This document shows positions 14,279 to 28,162 of a DNA stretch of 64,000 nucleotides, one piece after another. A program made the translations under genes and the position numbers. Each line of letters starts with the position of its first letter. Position 1 is the first letter of the stretch. Source of the DNA: the human T2T-CHM13v2.0 reference genome, Homo sapiens; NCBI RefSeq assembly GCF_009914755.1, contig NC_060925.1. One strand, given 5' to 3'. The notes beneath the pieces are model-generated. The model was not told the DNA's origin and did no database searches. It saw nothing but the letters and a program-made list of their open reading frames with translations.

Positions 14279-14634
14279 GACTCAGCTGAAAGAGTTTGTG
14301 CTAAATGATGAGCTCCCAGGACGCATCATCACTGGGAAAGTGTTCATCAGGCCAAGCATAAAAGAGGTAAAGGAAAACTCTGTCATATTTAACAATACTT
14401 CAAAGGAAGAGCCTATTGACATCATTGTCTTTGCCACTGGATACACATTTGCTTTCCCCTTCCTTGATGAGTCTGTAGTGAAAGTTGAAGATGGCCAGGC
14501 CTCACTGTACAAGTATATCTTCCCTGCACATCTGCAAAAGCCAACCCTGGCCATTATTGGCCTCATCAAACCCTTGGGCTCCATGATACCTACAGGAGAA
14601 ACACAAGCTCGGTGGGCTGTTCGAGTCCTGAAAG
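14279..14634 (+). CDS. FMO1: FMO1 exon 7 (356 bp)
   Basis: TQLKEFVLNDELPGRIITGKV...DIIVFATGY...ETQARWAVRVLK-G with the FATGY motif; GTAAGT donor. Confidence 0.97.
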
Positions 14635-14904
14635 GTAAGTATAAGAAATAGCAGGGCATGTGTTTTTGGTGTGCCATGTGATTCTGGATACTGGAAATGT
14701 TGAGACTATTATTCCTCCTGCTTCTATTTAAAATAACAGAATCTTTAAAAGCAGGATGCATTCTATTGTTTGCTGAATTATACTGTCATAATGATTTGTT
14801 CCATTACTGCATAAATGGTATATCAGGGTCAAAAATATATATATTTTTTTGATATACCAAAAATATAACAGTTGACATAGGCTGTATCTATGTCAACTGT
14901 GATA

Positions 14905-15083
14905 TTTTTTCTTTTTTATTTTTAAGACACAGGGTCTCACTATCTCGTCCAGACTAGTGTGCAGTGGCTATTTATAGGCATGATCATAGATTACTGCAGC
15001 CTCAAACTCCTGGTCTCAAGCAATCCTCCTACCTCAGTCTCCTGAGTAGTGGAGACTACAGACATGCACACTGCACACAGCTA
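14905..15083 (-). mobile_element. Alu monomer, FAM/7SL-like
   Basis: Single monomer retaining the 7SL-type segment gcagtggctatttataggcatgatc. Confidence 0.7.
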
Positions 15084-15444
15084 CCTGTTATTTTGACTAA
15101 AACAAAATGACAGTTAACATTTCTGTCAGTTGACTGAATCAACTGGCTCAATTAAAATTTTTAAACTCAAGCAAATGAGTGACAACATTCAGCCAAACTA
15201 GTTGTGAGATTCTGCTATATCAAATAATTAGTGAGATGACCAGATGCTTATCTTTTCAGCTGACGGCATTATTACCAGGAGCATACAACCAGTCAGCTCA
15301 GGCTGCTAACATTTTTGCCAGAAGGATCAATGAGTAGCTGGTACTAGACGTGAAAGGAGAGCCATAGTAAAGCATCTTTATCCATAAGTCAACAGCTAGA
15401 CCTAAACTTAAGTTGCATTTGAGGTTTTTATTTTAATCCTACAG

Positions 15445-15517
15445 GTGTAAATAAGTTACCACCACCAAGTGTCATGATAGAGGAAATTAATGCAAGGAAA
15501 GAAAACAAGCCCAGTTG
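15445..15517 (+). CDS. FMO1: FMO1 exon 8 (73 bp)
   Basis: cctacAG acceptor; VNKLPPPSVMIEEINARKENKPS-W; GTAAGT donor; phases link exons 7 and 9. Confidence 0.93.
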
Positions 15518-15563
15518 GTAAGTTAACTACTTAATGCACCCTTTTTAAATTATAACTGAAATT

Positions 15564-15566
<3 letters not shown>

Positions 15567-15597
<31 letters not shown>
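15567..15597 (+). repeat. (A)31 homopolymer 50 nt downstream of the FMO1 exon 8 donor
   Basis: Direct count. Confidence 0.9.
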
Positions 15598-15599
<2 letters not shown>

Positions 15600-16009
15600 A
15601 AATGAAAAAGAAAAAAAAACAATAGCAGAGAGATGAAAGTTACATTGGAGAAAAAAAGAAGCATCTGAGACTTACAAGAAAAATACTAGGAGAGCCTGTT
15701 TAAGAAGAGAGAAGGGAAAGGGGAATTTAGAATTTTTAATGTCCCCAAAGTCATCACTTCAGCCCATGGTTTTCTAGTATCACATAGAGTTTGGATTCCA
15801 AATCAAGTACTACATAATTAACCCTAATCTACCAGGTACATTATTCCATATCTTATCCATAATCAACAGGCAAGCAGTTGTACCTATTTACTCTGACACT
15901 AGAAGTGTCTGCTCATTCATTCACTGAACAAGTCTCTATCAGCTCTATTGTTTTTATTCGGAGTGTGGCTTTTGCTCTTCATTTATAATTGGCTGGAAAA
16001 AAGGAAGAA

Positions 16010-16245
16010 GAAAAACAAAATTTTGTAGCATGTGAAAAAATCATATGAAATGGAAACCATACTGGCCATAAATAAAATTTTATTAGAACACAGCCATGGT
16101 TATTCATTTACATATTGTCAATGGCTGTTTTTGTGTTACAGTACCAAAGTTGTTTAGCAGTTGAGATAGAAACTGTAATGTGGCTCTCAAAGCCTGAACA
16201 TTTACTGTCTGGCCTTTTTCAGAATAAAGTTTATTGAGCACTTCT
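16010..16245 (+). mobile_element. MER58-like hAT-Charlie DNA transposon relic
   Basis: ataaaattttattagaacacagccatgg...aagcctgaacatttactgtctggccttt resembles the MER58 consensus. Confidence 0.7.
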
Positions 16246-16755
16246 CTATGGGAAAGGTTTTCACTTATGCTGTGCTCTGTGGCTACCACTCAAGGCTAGA
16301 GACAATGGAAGACTGATGGCCAGCAAAGTAAAGAGTCTTGGCCCTCCCCTCTCACTCTCAATCCAACCAAAACATTTCTGATTGTTTTGTGGTTTGATAA
16401 AACCACTTTGTTTTATCTGTTCATCTGTTTCTGCGTTTGATATACATTTTCACTTGAAATAAAGGTTCTGTGGCAAAAAAAAAAAAACAAAAAACAGCAA
16501 GTTTTAAAATCATTGCATCTAAGGAACTTATTATCACTCTCTTGTTCATATATATTCCCAAACTTCAAGGGTTGATCTATCCTTGTCAAGGTACCAAATT
16601 CCAAAACAATAATAGCATTTTAGATGTCTCTTCTTTATCCTCAACCTGGGATATGATTTGATCTTCATTATGGAACTCCAGTGTAATAGATAACTAATTA
16701 GAACTGCTATAAAATGAAAATCTTCTTGTCACGCATGTCAGCAAACAATTTTAGG

Positions 16756-17075
16756 GGCCAGGTGCAGTGGATCATGCCTGTAATCCCAGCACTTTGGGAG
16801 GCTAAGGCAAGAGGATCATTTGAGCTCAGGACTTTGAGACCAGCCTGGATGACATAGCAAGCCCCCATCCCTACAAAAAAAATAAAAGTTATTTAGGCAT
16901 GGTGGCTCATGCTTGTAGTCCCACCTATTCCTAAGCCAGGAGGATCGCTTGAGCCAAGGAGTTCAAGGTTGCAGTGAGCTATGATCATGCCACTGCACTC
17001 CAGCCTAGGTGACAGAGCAAGACCTTGTAAAAAAAAAAAAAAAGAAAAAAGAAAAAAAGAAAAGGAAAAGAAAAA
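16756..17075 (+). mobile_element. Alu (AluJ-like)
   Basis: Forward Alu with A-rich tail. Confidence 0.88.
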
Positions 17076-17501
17076 TTAATTAATTAATTAAAGCCTAATA
17101 CCAGCATTTCAGGGAATTTTACCCTATAGATTTTTGTGGCTTTTCACATTATATAAATCATTGGATTTGTTATTACTGAATAATGGAATTTTATAAAGAT
17201 TTAGAAATTTTAAAATATATTTTCCTCTAGAAATTGCTAATTATTTCACAAAAGAACTAAGATGCATTATGAGCACTCAGAGCACCCATTAAAAGCCATA
17301 TGTATAAAGTATCTTTTGAAGGGACTCATCTTGATTTAAGAAACAGAAGGAGACCGTTAGATAGGTAGGGAAATAAAGGGGAAAATGCAGAAACCATCCC
17401 AAATTCTGCAGCAGTATTTGTTTGCTTTGGGCACTTGTACTTGTTCTAAGATTATCAGTTTTTTTGTCTTCACCTTTTCCCCCAATCTTCCTTTTATAAA
17501 G

Positions 17502-17844
17502 GTTTGGCTTGTGCTACTGCAAGGCTTTACAATCAGATTATATCACATACATAGATGAACTCCTGACCTATATCAATGCAAAACCCAACCTGTTCTCTAT
17601 GCTCCTAACGGATCCACATCTGGCTCTGACCGTCTTCTTTGGCCCATGCTCACCATACCAGTTCCGCTTGACTGGCCCAGGAAAATGGGAAGGAGCCAGA
17701 AATGCCATCATGACCCAGTGGGACCGAACATTCAAGGTCATCAAAGCTCGAGTTGTACAAGAGTCTCCATCTCCCTTTGAAAGTTTTCTTAAAGTCTTTA
17801 GCTTTCTGGCTTTGCTTGTGGCTATTTTTCTGATTTTCCTATAA
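17502..17844 (+). CDS. FMO1: FMO1 terminal coding exon (exon 9) with C-terminal membrane anchor
   Basis: Pyrimidine tract with AAG acceptor; [20 protein letters not shown]...[25 protein letters not shown]...[16 protein letters not shown]. Confidence 0.96.
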
Positions 17845-18234
17845 GTAAAAGATCTCCTAAATGGAAGATGCACAGAGTAGATTTACAATGCTCCAATTCC
17901 TCTCTTACAGCAATATTGCCTTCACAGTTATAAACTGTATTCAAATAGTAAAGGCCACCCTCTCGCTTCCCTGGCTGGCCCCAGGGCTACCACTGGTATT
18001 CCTGAGCCTCTCCCAGCTCCACTTCTAATGCTAGAGAATGATAACTAAGACTTCTGTGCATTTGAAGGTTGTTGGAAAGTTACAGGTTCATTTTAGAAAG
18101 AAAGCTGTTCTTGACAGCACTCTGAGCCATCATACCTCTTTCCCATATAAACTATTTTCACAGATCTCAACTAAAACCCCTTACTTCACAAATGATTGTG
18201 TTGTGCTGAAATGGTGCTCTTATAGTACTGGCTT

Positions 18235-18253
18235 ATTAAAAGTAAAAAATAAA
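18235..18253 (+). terminator. Probable FMO1 polyadenylation signals (ATTAAA 18235-18240, AATAAA 18248-18253)
   Basis: Hexamers ~400 nt after the stop codon, followed by TG/T-rich sequence. Confidence 0.7.
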
Positions 18254-20446
18254 CCTAAAAATTGATTGTTTTAAGTGATCTTTTGTTCTCTTATTAAAGA
18301 TTGGGAAAAGGGAGAAAAAGATGAGGATTCTATGAATAAAGCTCATAAAAGGATAGGGGGTTCAATGAGTTACTTTGAGAGTTTCCCAAAGGACTGTACC
18401 TGCCTGGGACTGTTCATTCCTCCAGAACACTCTTTATAACAAAGCTGTTACTCCAGCTGGCCTCCCAAAGACCCAAATCAGATTCCACAGAAAACCACCA
18501 CCTCCACGGGCTCTTAGAACCAGCCTCCAGCAGCCAAAGGAAAAAGCCTACCTGCTTAGATCCTCCTTCACAACCCTGCTGTAAGAGGCAAATGGAGCTG
18601 CCTCCTTTTAAAGAGTCAATGAGAACCAACCAAATTCAATTGGAATTCATTAGATAAAGAGCACAGCCAAGAAGCTTTTAATGGAGAGAAAGCAGGGAGA
18701 GGAAAAAAGGGAAAGAAAAAGAGGAACAAAAGCAAACATCGTGTCAAAAGCAGCAGTTTCAATGAAACTAGACCCAGCCTATCTCACAGTTACAGCTGAT
18801 GAAGATATGACTCATAATCAGGAAAGGCTTTGCTTCACTTCATCTCGTGGCTTATATGGAAAACCCTGTGGGTAAACCTCACCTCACAGAGAGGTCCACA
18901 GTTTGGATGCAGGGACAAGATTCAAAAACTGTGGCGTCAGGAAAAGAGTGATCTCTGTAGGGCCAGTACAGATACAGATCATTTCTCCCCAACTTTGTTT
19001 GGCTCTGCCAACTCTTCAGTATTGTTCCATTTCTTACTTTTCCTTGTGACCTGTTTCACTCTTACCATAGAAACACATGATGAAGAATTGCCCCCACTGC
19101 ATACAATCTAGATTACTCCTAGAAATGCTTTTCTTTCCATTGAAACAAAGCTGATATTTTAACTTTCCTCATGAAGCTGGCTGGGGAGAAGTTTAGTGCC
19201 CAAGGTGAAACAAGGAAGGATAAACTCCTCAGGCCACAGTGGCAAATCATGACACAAGCGGCCACCTGAACCTGATCATATCTACTGCACTGGGAGACTG
19301 AATATACATATGGTCAATGACCAGACCATTTACAGCAATAGATTTATAACCTACAACCCCTGCAGCAATCAGCTCAGAACAGTCAGGACTTGTTTAATGA
19401 GTGCCAGCTTCTCTACTTGTTGCCCCTGCTTCTAACTCAGGAGTGACGAAAGAAAGCCAAATAAGCTTCTCAAACCAGTCCCATCTGATGTCTTGCTTCT
19501 AGTTAACCTACCTCCACCTTCCCTATGCCAACAACCATCAGTGAGAGTACCTGAAGCCTTCCCTTTCTTTCACTATAAACACACACAAACACACACACAC
19601 ACACACAAAACCTCCCCTGCTGCCTTTGAATCTGTGCCAAACATTAGTGGTGGTGCCAGCAAAAAAAAACATATATTATGTAAAGACTACAGCAGTAATT
19701 ATAATGCTGCACATTTTATACTATTTTAAAATTAATAAAATGCCAACTGTTATCTCACTTAATCCACACAATAATGATGTGATTGGGAAGACGACTGTAC
19801 TACATACACAATTTGACAAGTAAGAAAACTCAGATAAGGAGATGTCAATTGATTTGTCCCAGGTAACAGGTAAAATGTGGCTGAGTCAGAACATGAGAAT
19901 CCAGAACATACATCACAGGCTTTTTACCATTTAAGCCCACTGTCTCCAATGTTCAAATGACTCCAGAAGCCTTAATAGTGATATTGCAAAAGCCATATTA
20001 CAAGAATGTTACTCCATGAAAGTATCTGTAGGTCTCTCTCCCTTTCCCACTCTCCCTATGAGTGTGTGTGGACCTGTCTGCCTGTCAATTGTCAATCGTT
20101 CATGCTGTGCCTAGAATTTCATATCTTTCCCTTTATATATATCTTTAATTTCTGAATCCATGGGTTTGAATCTCCACATGCATCTTTTTCCCTGTGCATT
20201 CCTTTTTTTTCCTGACTATGGCTGTGCTAGGCCTCCTCTATGACTATATTATAGAACAGACTCAAAAGTCTACAAGTCTCTAAGACTGTGTTATAGAACA
20301 GACTCATTTCTAGTCTAGAAATTATTCCATGCACACTCCTGAAAAAAGTATCATTTTTTTCTGTTCAGAAAAAAAAATTGAGTGAATTCTCATAAATCTA
20401 GCAAAATAGGAAATACGTAAAACATTTTGACATTACATTACTTACT

Positions 20447-20540
20447 CTGTTTCTTGCACACTATTTAAACCAGAAGAGCTTCTGAGGCATTTCCTGTTTC
20501 TTGCACACTATTTAAATCAGAAGAGCTTCTGAGGCATTTC
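20447..20540. repeat. 47-bp tandem duplication (2 copies, 1 mismatch)
   Basis: ctgtttcttgcacactatttaaa(c/t)cagaagagcttctgaggcatttc at 20447-20493 and 20494-20540. Confidence 0.95.
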
Positions 20541-20709
20541 ATCACCAAGAGTAATTTTATGTTTTCTGAAAATATTTTTAATGTCTATTAATAGTACCCC
20601 CTGCTAGACCAGTCTTAAGTAAAGTTACCTATCTTCTCATGTACCAATGCTCTGGGTCTTTCAACATGTCCCATCGTGTGGAGATGCTTGGAGAACCAGC
20701 AAGGGCCCT

Positions 20710-20910
20710 GCCACTTACTAGCTGTGTGACCTTGAGCAAGTCACTTACTTTTCCTAAGCTACAGTTTTCCCTTCTATAACATAGAAGTTATCTTCTGAGA
20801 ATTTATTTTGCCTCATAAGGATGTTATGAGGATTAAATGGCATGATCCACATAAAGTACTTCGCATAAATACTGTACAAGGTATGTGTTCAATAAATGAT
20901 AGCTATTATT
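20710..20910 (+). mobile_element. MIR fragment
   Basis: ccacttactagctgtgtgaccttgagcaagtcacttac MIR core. Confidence 0.7.
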
Positions 20911-21669
20911 ACTATGTTACCCAAGCAAGATGTATGTTTTATCGCCTGATTTATTTTTTCTAGGCCATAGACCTAGCTCCTCATAGGGCATTGACACCAC
21001 AGTATGTCACAGGCCTCTCAAATGCAGTATGCTCAAAATTAAACTCATTTCCCAACAGTCCTTATTTTCCCCAACAGTCCTTACTTAACTGCTAATGTCA
21101 TCATCCTTATCCTCTGTAGGGAAATGAACAATTTCCGTGAATAATTACACATCGACTAAGGACATTAATGAGGTTATTTGATTTTTATTCTATGGTAACT
21201 ATTTTATAACTCAGTAAATTATAGATAACTAATAGCAGTGCAAAATAATTCTTGTCTATAGACACGTAGATAATGTCCAGCAGAAGTCTAATTGGCGTCC
21301 CTTCCCCACTGTGCGAAAAACTAGTTTTGCCTCCATTTGCACATTCATTTCAACATTCCTGATTTATACATGCGTATTTTATCTTTAAATTTTCTTTTGA
21401 ACTGATTGTAACATCTTACCAATTTCCTTTTTAATAACAAGTGAAATAAAATCTCTAATACGTGTCTATCTTACATTTGTATGAATCACAATTCTACCTT
21501 CTTTGAAAATTATCTTTTAACTCTTCCAAGGAATAGCAACACCATTTACCAATAGTTATGTTTCCACTGAAACACATCACCTTTGACACTCTAACCCTCA
21601 TACCTCATATCCAACAGCCTATGAGCCTTATCAAGTGTGTCTCTAACACAGAGCAAAGACCACTGTGGT

Positions 21670-21900
21670 ACTGAGTGCAAACACATGGGCTGTAGAGTCA
21701 GATGGCCCGGGTTGAATCCTACTTTGCTGCACAACCTTGGGCTAGTTATTTAATGTCTTCTAACTTCAGTTCCTTTATCTATAAAATATGGAAGTAACAC
21801 TTCAGCATTGCTGTAACGGAGAATTAATGAAGATAATCCATGTAAAGCATTAGGCCAGTGCCTGGCATGTGGTCAGTGCTTACCTAAAGGTAACTATTAA
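21670..21900 (+). mobile_element. MIR fragment
   Basis: ttgggctagttatttaatgtc...cagttcctttatctataaaatatgg...aaagcattaggccagtgcctggca. Confidence 0.6.
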
Positions 21901-23259
21901 TATCTCACAGACTCATCTGTCTCTTACCCTCCCTTCTTCCTCACTGGCTAGTTTAGACTCATTTAATTTCTTCCCTAGGTTAGTGCTACCTGGCTTCCCT
22001 GGTCCCCTTACCACCATTTAGTCCCTCTACCCCTGTCTCCCTGCTTCCCCAAGAATAATTTGTGGGTGATGCCATTCTCAGAAGCAGTCATAGTAAGAGG
22101 AGATAAAAATGAAGAGCTTCTTATGTTCTCCTACCCTCAGTGTCGCTGTCTCAATCACTGCTTCCCAATTTAGGAAGTTTCACATGGGGGCTGTAAACAA
22201 CTGAGAAAAACAACATCTTTTAGAGTTGTCCTGTCCCTCATGAGATAGAATACATTATTATTTTAAAATATTCTAACTTGAGAGCACTTTGATTAAAAAT
22301 GAAAGAAGACTGCATTTAATTCTTTCTCTGAAAGACAAAAACTTTGTTAGACATTTTAAAGTGGACCTAAATATTTTAAGCCAAAAGGAAAAATATGAGA
22401 TCAGCCTCTATTATTGAGCAAATTTTCCTACAGAGTAAAACTTATACTACTTAACTATGCATTTTTTTTAATTTCAGACATTCATTTTTGTGGACGTATA
22501 AGCAGCCTTTATAAAGAGTATGCTTCTTATTAGAGTTATAGCCAGATTAGTAAACAGAGAAGGAGCGAGTGCAATATGAGGTTAGAAATAGGAGCTAATC
22601 TTAAATGCCGGCAGCAAAGGAGAATCCATGTTAGCAAAATGCTCCTCTGCAAAAGCCATACTATAATATCAAGACATAAAAGGACTCAAAGGGACATATT
22701 CCAGGCCATTAGGGGAGGAAAGTGGTCATTGTGGAATCAAAATGATATTAAATGCATTTGGGGGCAATTTGGCAATATCGTGCATAATTTTAAATGCATG
22801 TATCCTTTGACACAATTACGTATCTCAGAGTCTATTCCATAGAAATTGTCATGTGTACAAAGATATTTATACAAAGATGTTCATTGTCATATTGTTTGTA
22901 AAAACAAAGAAGTGTTGTCAGTGGAGGAAAATGATGAAACAAGTCTCATTTCAAGGTTGTGAAATTTATTTAGTTACTAAAGGGTGTTAAATCAGACAAG
23001 GTAAGTGCTCTGTTCTTTATAAGACTGCTGTTGCCAGCATATCTAGGACAATAATTATAATGGTTATTGTACAATAAACATAGGCATTCCTTGGTATACA
23101 GGCCTGGTTCTGTGTCTTGGGTTTAAGCCGTCCACAACAGCTGTCGTCTGCTTCTAATCCTGCATTAAAGGTTGATGTTTAATGAACTGGAGGCAAAGGT
23201 CTTTGGTGGGAGTTACAGTCTACTCAGGACATTGTGCCTTTTTAAGATGAGAGATGTGA

Positions 23260-23753
<494 letters not shown>

Positions 23754-24396
23754 CAAATCTTGATTTTTTTTACGGTAATAAATGAGTCCCTCACAATATT
23801 GCAATATATCTCCCTTAAGAAGAGTTGGATTGGTTATGTTCATTCCCATACACATGGGCCTTCCTGTTATAATTTCATAAGGGGAAAGTTGATGTTTTCC
23901 AAAAGGGGTGGATCAGACCGTAAGCAGCTTTGGACCAGGGGAGGTGAAATGCCTCTGTGAACTTAGCCAATTGTGTTTTAATTATTCCATTGGTCCTTTC
24001 CACCAGGCCTGAGGACTGGGGGTGGTAGGCACAATGGAAATGTTGAAATATGGGCCAAATTTCACAAACATCTTGAATAACCTGGCCGGTAAAGTGAGCT
24101 CCCCTGTCACTGTGAAGTTCACAGGGGACTCCCCACAGTGGGATAATTTTTTGTAGAAGAATTTTCCAACTGCCATGGCTGTTGCTTGCCTGCAGGGAAA
24201 AGCTTCAACCCAACGGGAAAACATGCAGACCATTACAAAAACATACTTAACAACCTTGAGATGATGGCAGCCAGATAAAATCAAGCTGCCATACCTCAAA
24301 GGGTCCAGCCGGAAGGAAAAAATGACCGTGGGCCCCATGGAGGGTCTTTCCTAGGTTTTGTTTGGGACAAATAGCACATTAAGAGTAACCTTTTTG

Positions 24397-24764
<368 letters not shown>

Positions 24765-27700
24765 TTATTTTATCTAGATTCCAATGGGTTAGATTATGAA
24801 CATACTCCATAAGGGACACCTGACATCCCATTGGAATAATGGGTTTATTATTAGGTCCACATCATATTTCACTTTCAAGAGACAAGTACCTCCCTGCCTG
24901 TTTCCAAGTAGATTTCTCTTCTGTAGGAGCTATGCTCTGGGTTTCTTTCAACATGTTTTTAAGTATTTGGGGTTTTATGGCCATTTCCCAGATTGGGACT
25001 GGTGGCTCGGATGCTGCTCTTTTAGCTGTAGCTTCAGCCAGTTGGTTACCCTAACTTTCTATGGTGTCTAATTTTGAATGACCTGGGATTTTCATAGTTG
25101 CCAAACATTTTGGTTTTAGAATAGCTTCTAATAGCTCTGATACTTGTTGTCCATTTTTTATGGGTTGCCCCAAGGAGGTTAAATATCCTCTCTCTTTCCA
25201 TAACATAACAAAGTCATGAGCAACCTCAAAAGCAGCAGTCAGTGTAAATGGTTGCAGCCTTGTCTTTTTGCCAGTTGGCAAGCTCGGGTCAGGGCAATCA
25301 ATTTGGCTACTTGAGCTGATCTGGCCTGGGGAAGAGGACTGGCTTTAATTACCTCTAGTAAGGAAACCACAGCATATCCTGCTCTAAAATTTTCATCCTC
25401 TCCTCTTAAATAAGACCCATCTGTATACCATTCTGTCTCAGCATTATCCAGTGGCATCTCCTGTAGGTCTGTCCTGGGAGAGAGAAGTCAGTCAGTCATC
25501 AGAGCACAGTCATGGGGGGTTTTGTTGGAAGGTCCTGGCAAGAGAGTGGCTGGATTAAGATTATTACAGCAGGAAATGGTAATATTGGGAGATGATCAAA
25601 GCAAAATTTCATAAGAGGCTAACCAGTTGACAGATGTTGAGTATGATGAGAGTTTAGAAGGGCTTCAAGAGAATGTGGCACAAAAATGGTAAGAGGGGAA
25701 CCTATAATTGTATCTTCAACAGATTTGTACAGAAGGGTCATGGCCGCTATTGCTGTCACACAAGGAAGCAGCCCTTGAGCCACAGGGTACAGGTGTTGAC
25801 TATAATAGCTTATAGGTCTCTGATGATCACCATGTCTCTAGGTCAGTACCCTGGATGCAGTACCTCCAGTTTCATGTACGAAAAGGGAGAAAGGCAATTT
25901 GTAGTTTGGGTACGTTAAGGCTGGGGCATTAGTTAGAATTTCCTTTATTTGTTGTACAGCTGATTGTGCCTCTGGAGTCCACCTGATGGGATCAGGTTGT
26001 TTATTTTTTAGGTATGCATACAGAGGTTGAGACATAAGGGAGAAATATGGTATCCAGTTTCTACAATAGCCATCCAGGCTTAAAAATCCTCTAAGTTTTT
26101 TCTTAGCAATGGGCATTGGGAAAGCTAAAATTCCTCTCACTCTGTCGGGGTTAATACTCAGTCTTTTGACTAAGATAATATGCCCCAAATACTTAACTTG
26201 CAGTAAGCATAGCAGAAGTTTGTCTTTGGACACTTTATGTCCCTTGGTGGCTGTTTGAGTAAATATAGACTATCTTCCTGAAAGGATAGATAGTGTGTCT
26301 GGACAAAGGAGAAAGTCATCCACATTCTGAATGAGTGTTGAGTCCTGGGGAAAAATTAAATACTCTAAATCAGCTTTTAATATTTGGGAAAAGTAAGTGG
26401 GACTTTCTGTATACCCTTTGGGACATTACAGTCCACATATATTGCTGTTCTTTCCAAGCAAAAGCAAACAAATACTGACTGGATCTACAGGAATACTAAA
26501 GAAGGCATTACAGAGATTCACAACTGAGAAATACTGGCTGGTAGTGGGTATAGCTGATAGAAGGGTATGTGGGTTGGGACTACTGGGTGCCTGGGTATTA
26601 CAATATTGCTTATTGCCCTCAAGTCCTGCACAACTCTCCGTCCTCTCTTGCTTAGTTTCTTTACAGGGAATACAGGGCTGTTGCAGGGGCTTGTGCAGGG
26701 AATAATAAGCCCCTTTTTCAGATAATCGTGTATGATAGGGGCAATTCCATCTATGGCTTCCTGTCGTAGAGAATATTGTTTAAGGTTGGGTAGGGGTTTC
26801 TTTGGGTTCATCTCCACCTTTATTGGAGTGGCTGAGAATATTTTTCCTATATCTGCATTTGACTGAGACCATAAATGGGAGGGGATATCCTTGAGTAAGT
26901 GCTCTGCTTCTGGCATTAACAGGAAGACTGGGGAAGCTAGAAAGAGTTGTAATGTTTCCTGTTTTTTATTCCAGTGTTTTCTCTTCCCCCCAATATTTCC
27001 TTCTCTGTCTCCATTTTATTTTCCCAGTCACAAGCTTATGTTTTAACATTACTAGTAGTAAATTGTGGTACATTGTCAGGACATTTTTTAATTTGGTATT
27101 TTTGGTACCCTGGCTCCAATTCTAAAAAAGGTTCACTTTTTTATGAAAAAGAGATATAGACATTATGGATGTGGAGGAGGTCACAGCCCAAAAGATTGAC
27201 AGGGGACCCAGGGCATGTAAGAAACATATGGGACCTACTGAGCATGTCACACTTAGAGCCTTCAGCGGGGGAGCTGAACCTGATGAACCAGTAAGGTACA
27301 GATTTGGACTTAAAACATAAGATTGTTTTATTAGACACTCCCGCCATGTAAATTCTTTCATTACTCCAGAGAATGGGGTTTCTAATTAAGACAGGAGTTA
27401 TCAGCAATATGGTCACACCTGCATCAAATAAGGCAGTTGTAAGCTTACGGTTTATTATATTAGTCTCTCCCAATTTGTTTGTCAGGGTAGAATATTTGGA
27501 GAGGTGAAACCCCTGCATTTCCTTGGAGCATCCCTCGTCTTCCAGAGTTGCATTTTCCTGCCTTTTCTTTCAGCCTAAGGTAATCCCTCTTAAGGTGTCC
27601 CGGTCTTTTATAGTAGTAACAGACTAGAAGTGAAGAGTTCTCAGACTGAGGAAGCTTAGATTCTTCCTGGGGCCAAGAGAAGTTAATTGCTTTAGCTGTA

Positions 27701-27867
27701 AATGCATAACTCAGGCAATCTTCTGTTTTTCCTTTTTTATCATAGTGTGGGCTAATTTGTCAGCTAGGTTAACTCGTTCATTAGTTCTGGCTATGGCCCA
27801 ATTTGTCATGTGGTGTTTTACAAGGGTGGCTAAATCACGATCTAGTCCATTTAATTGAAAAATTTTT

Positions 27868-28162
27868 TGTCTGGGCGCAGTGGCTCATGCCTGTAATTCC
27901 AGCACTTTGGGAGGCCAAGGCAGGCGGATCACAAGGTCAGGAAATTGAGACCATCTGGCCAACATGGTGAAATCCCATCTCTACTAAAAGTACAAAAATG
28001 AGCTAGGCATGGTGGCGCGTGACTGTCTTCCCAGCTACTCAGGAGGCTGAGGCAGAAGAATCGCTTGAACCAGGGAGTCAGAGGTTACAGTGAGCCGAGA
28101 CGGCACCACTGCACTCTAGCCTGGGTGACACAGCGAGACTCCATCTCAAAAAAAAAAAAAAA
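27868..28162 (+). mobile_element. Alu (AluSc-like) inside the ERV gag region
   Basis: Forward Alu with A tail. Confidence 0.88.

Noticed and set aside
14282-14761. 159-aa antisense ORF (also 12958-13257 and 17568-17873)
   Set aside because: Shadow frames opposite FMO1 exons with no independent coding signal
15567-15620. A-rich tract as an alternative FMO1 3' end
   Set aside because: Genomic poly(A) with no upstream signal; any cDNA ending here is more likely oligo-dT internal priming
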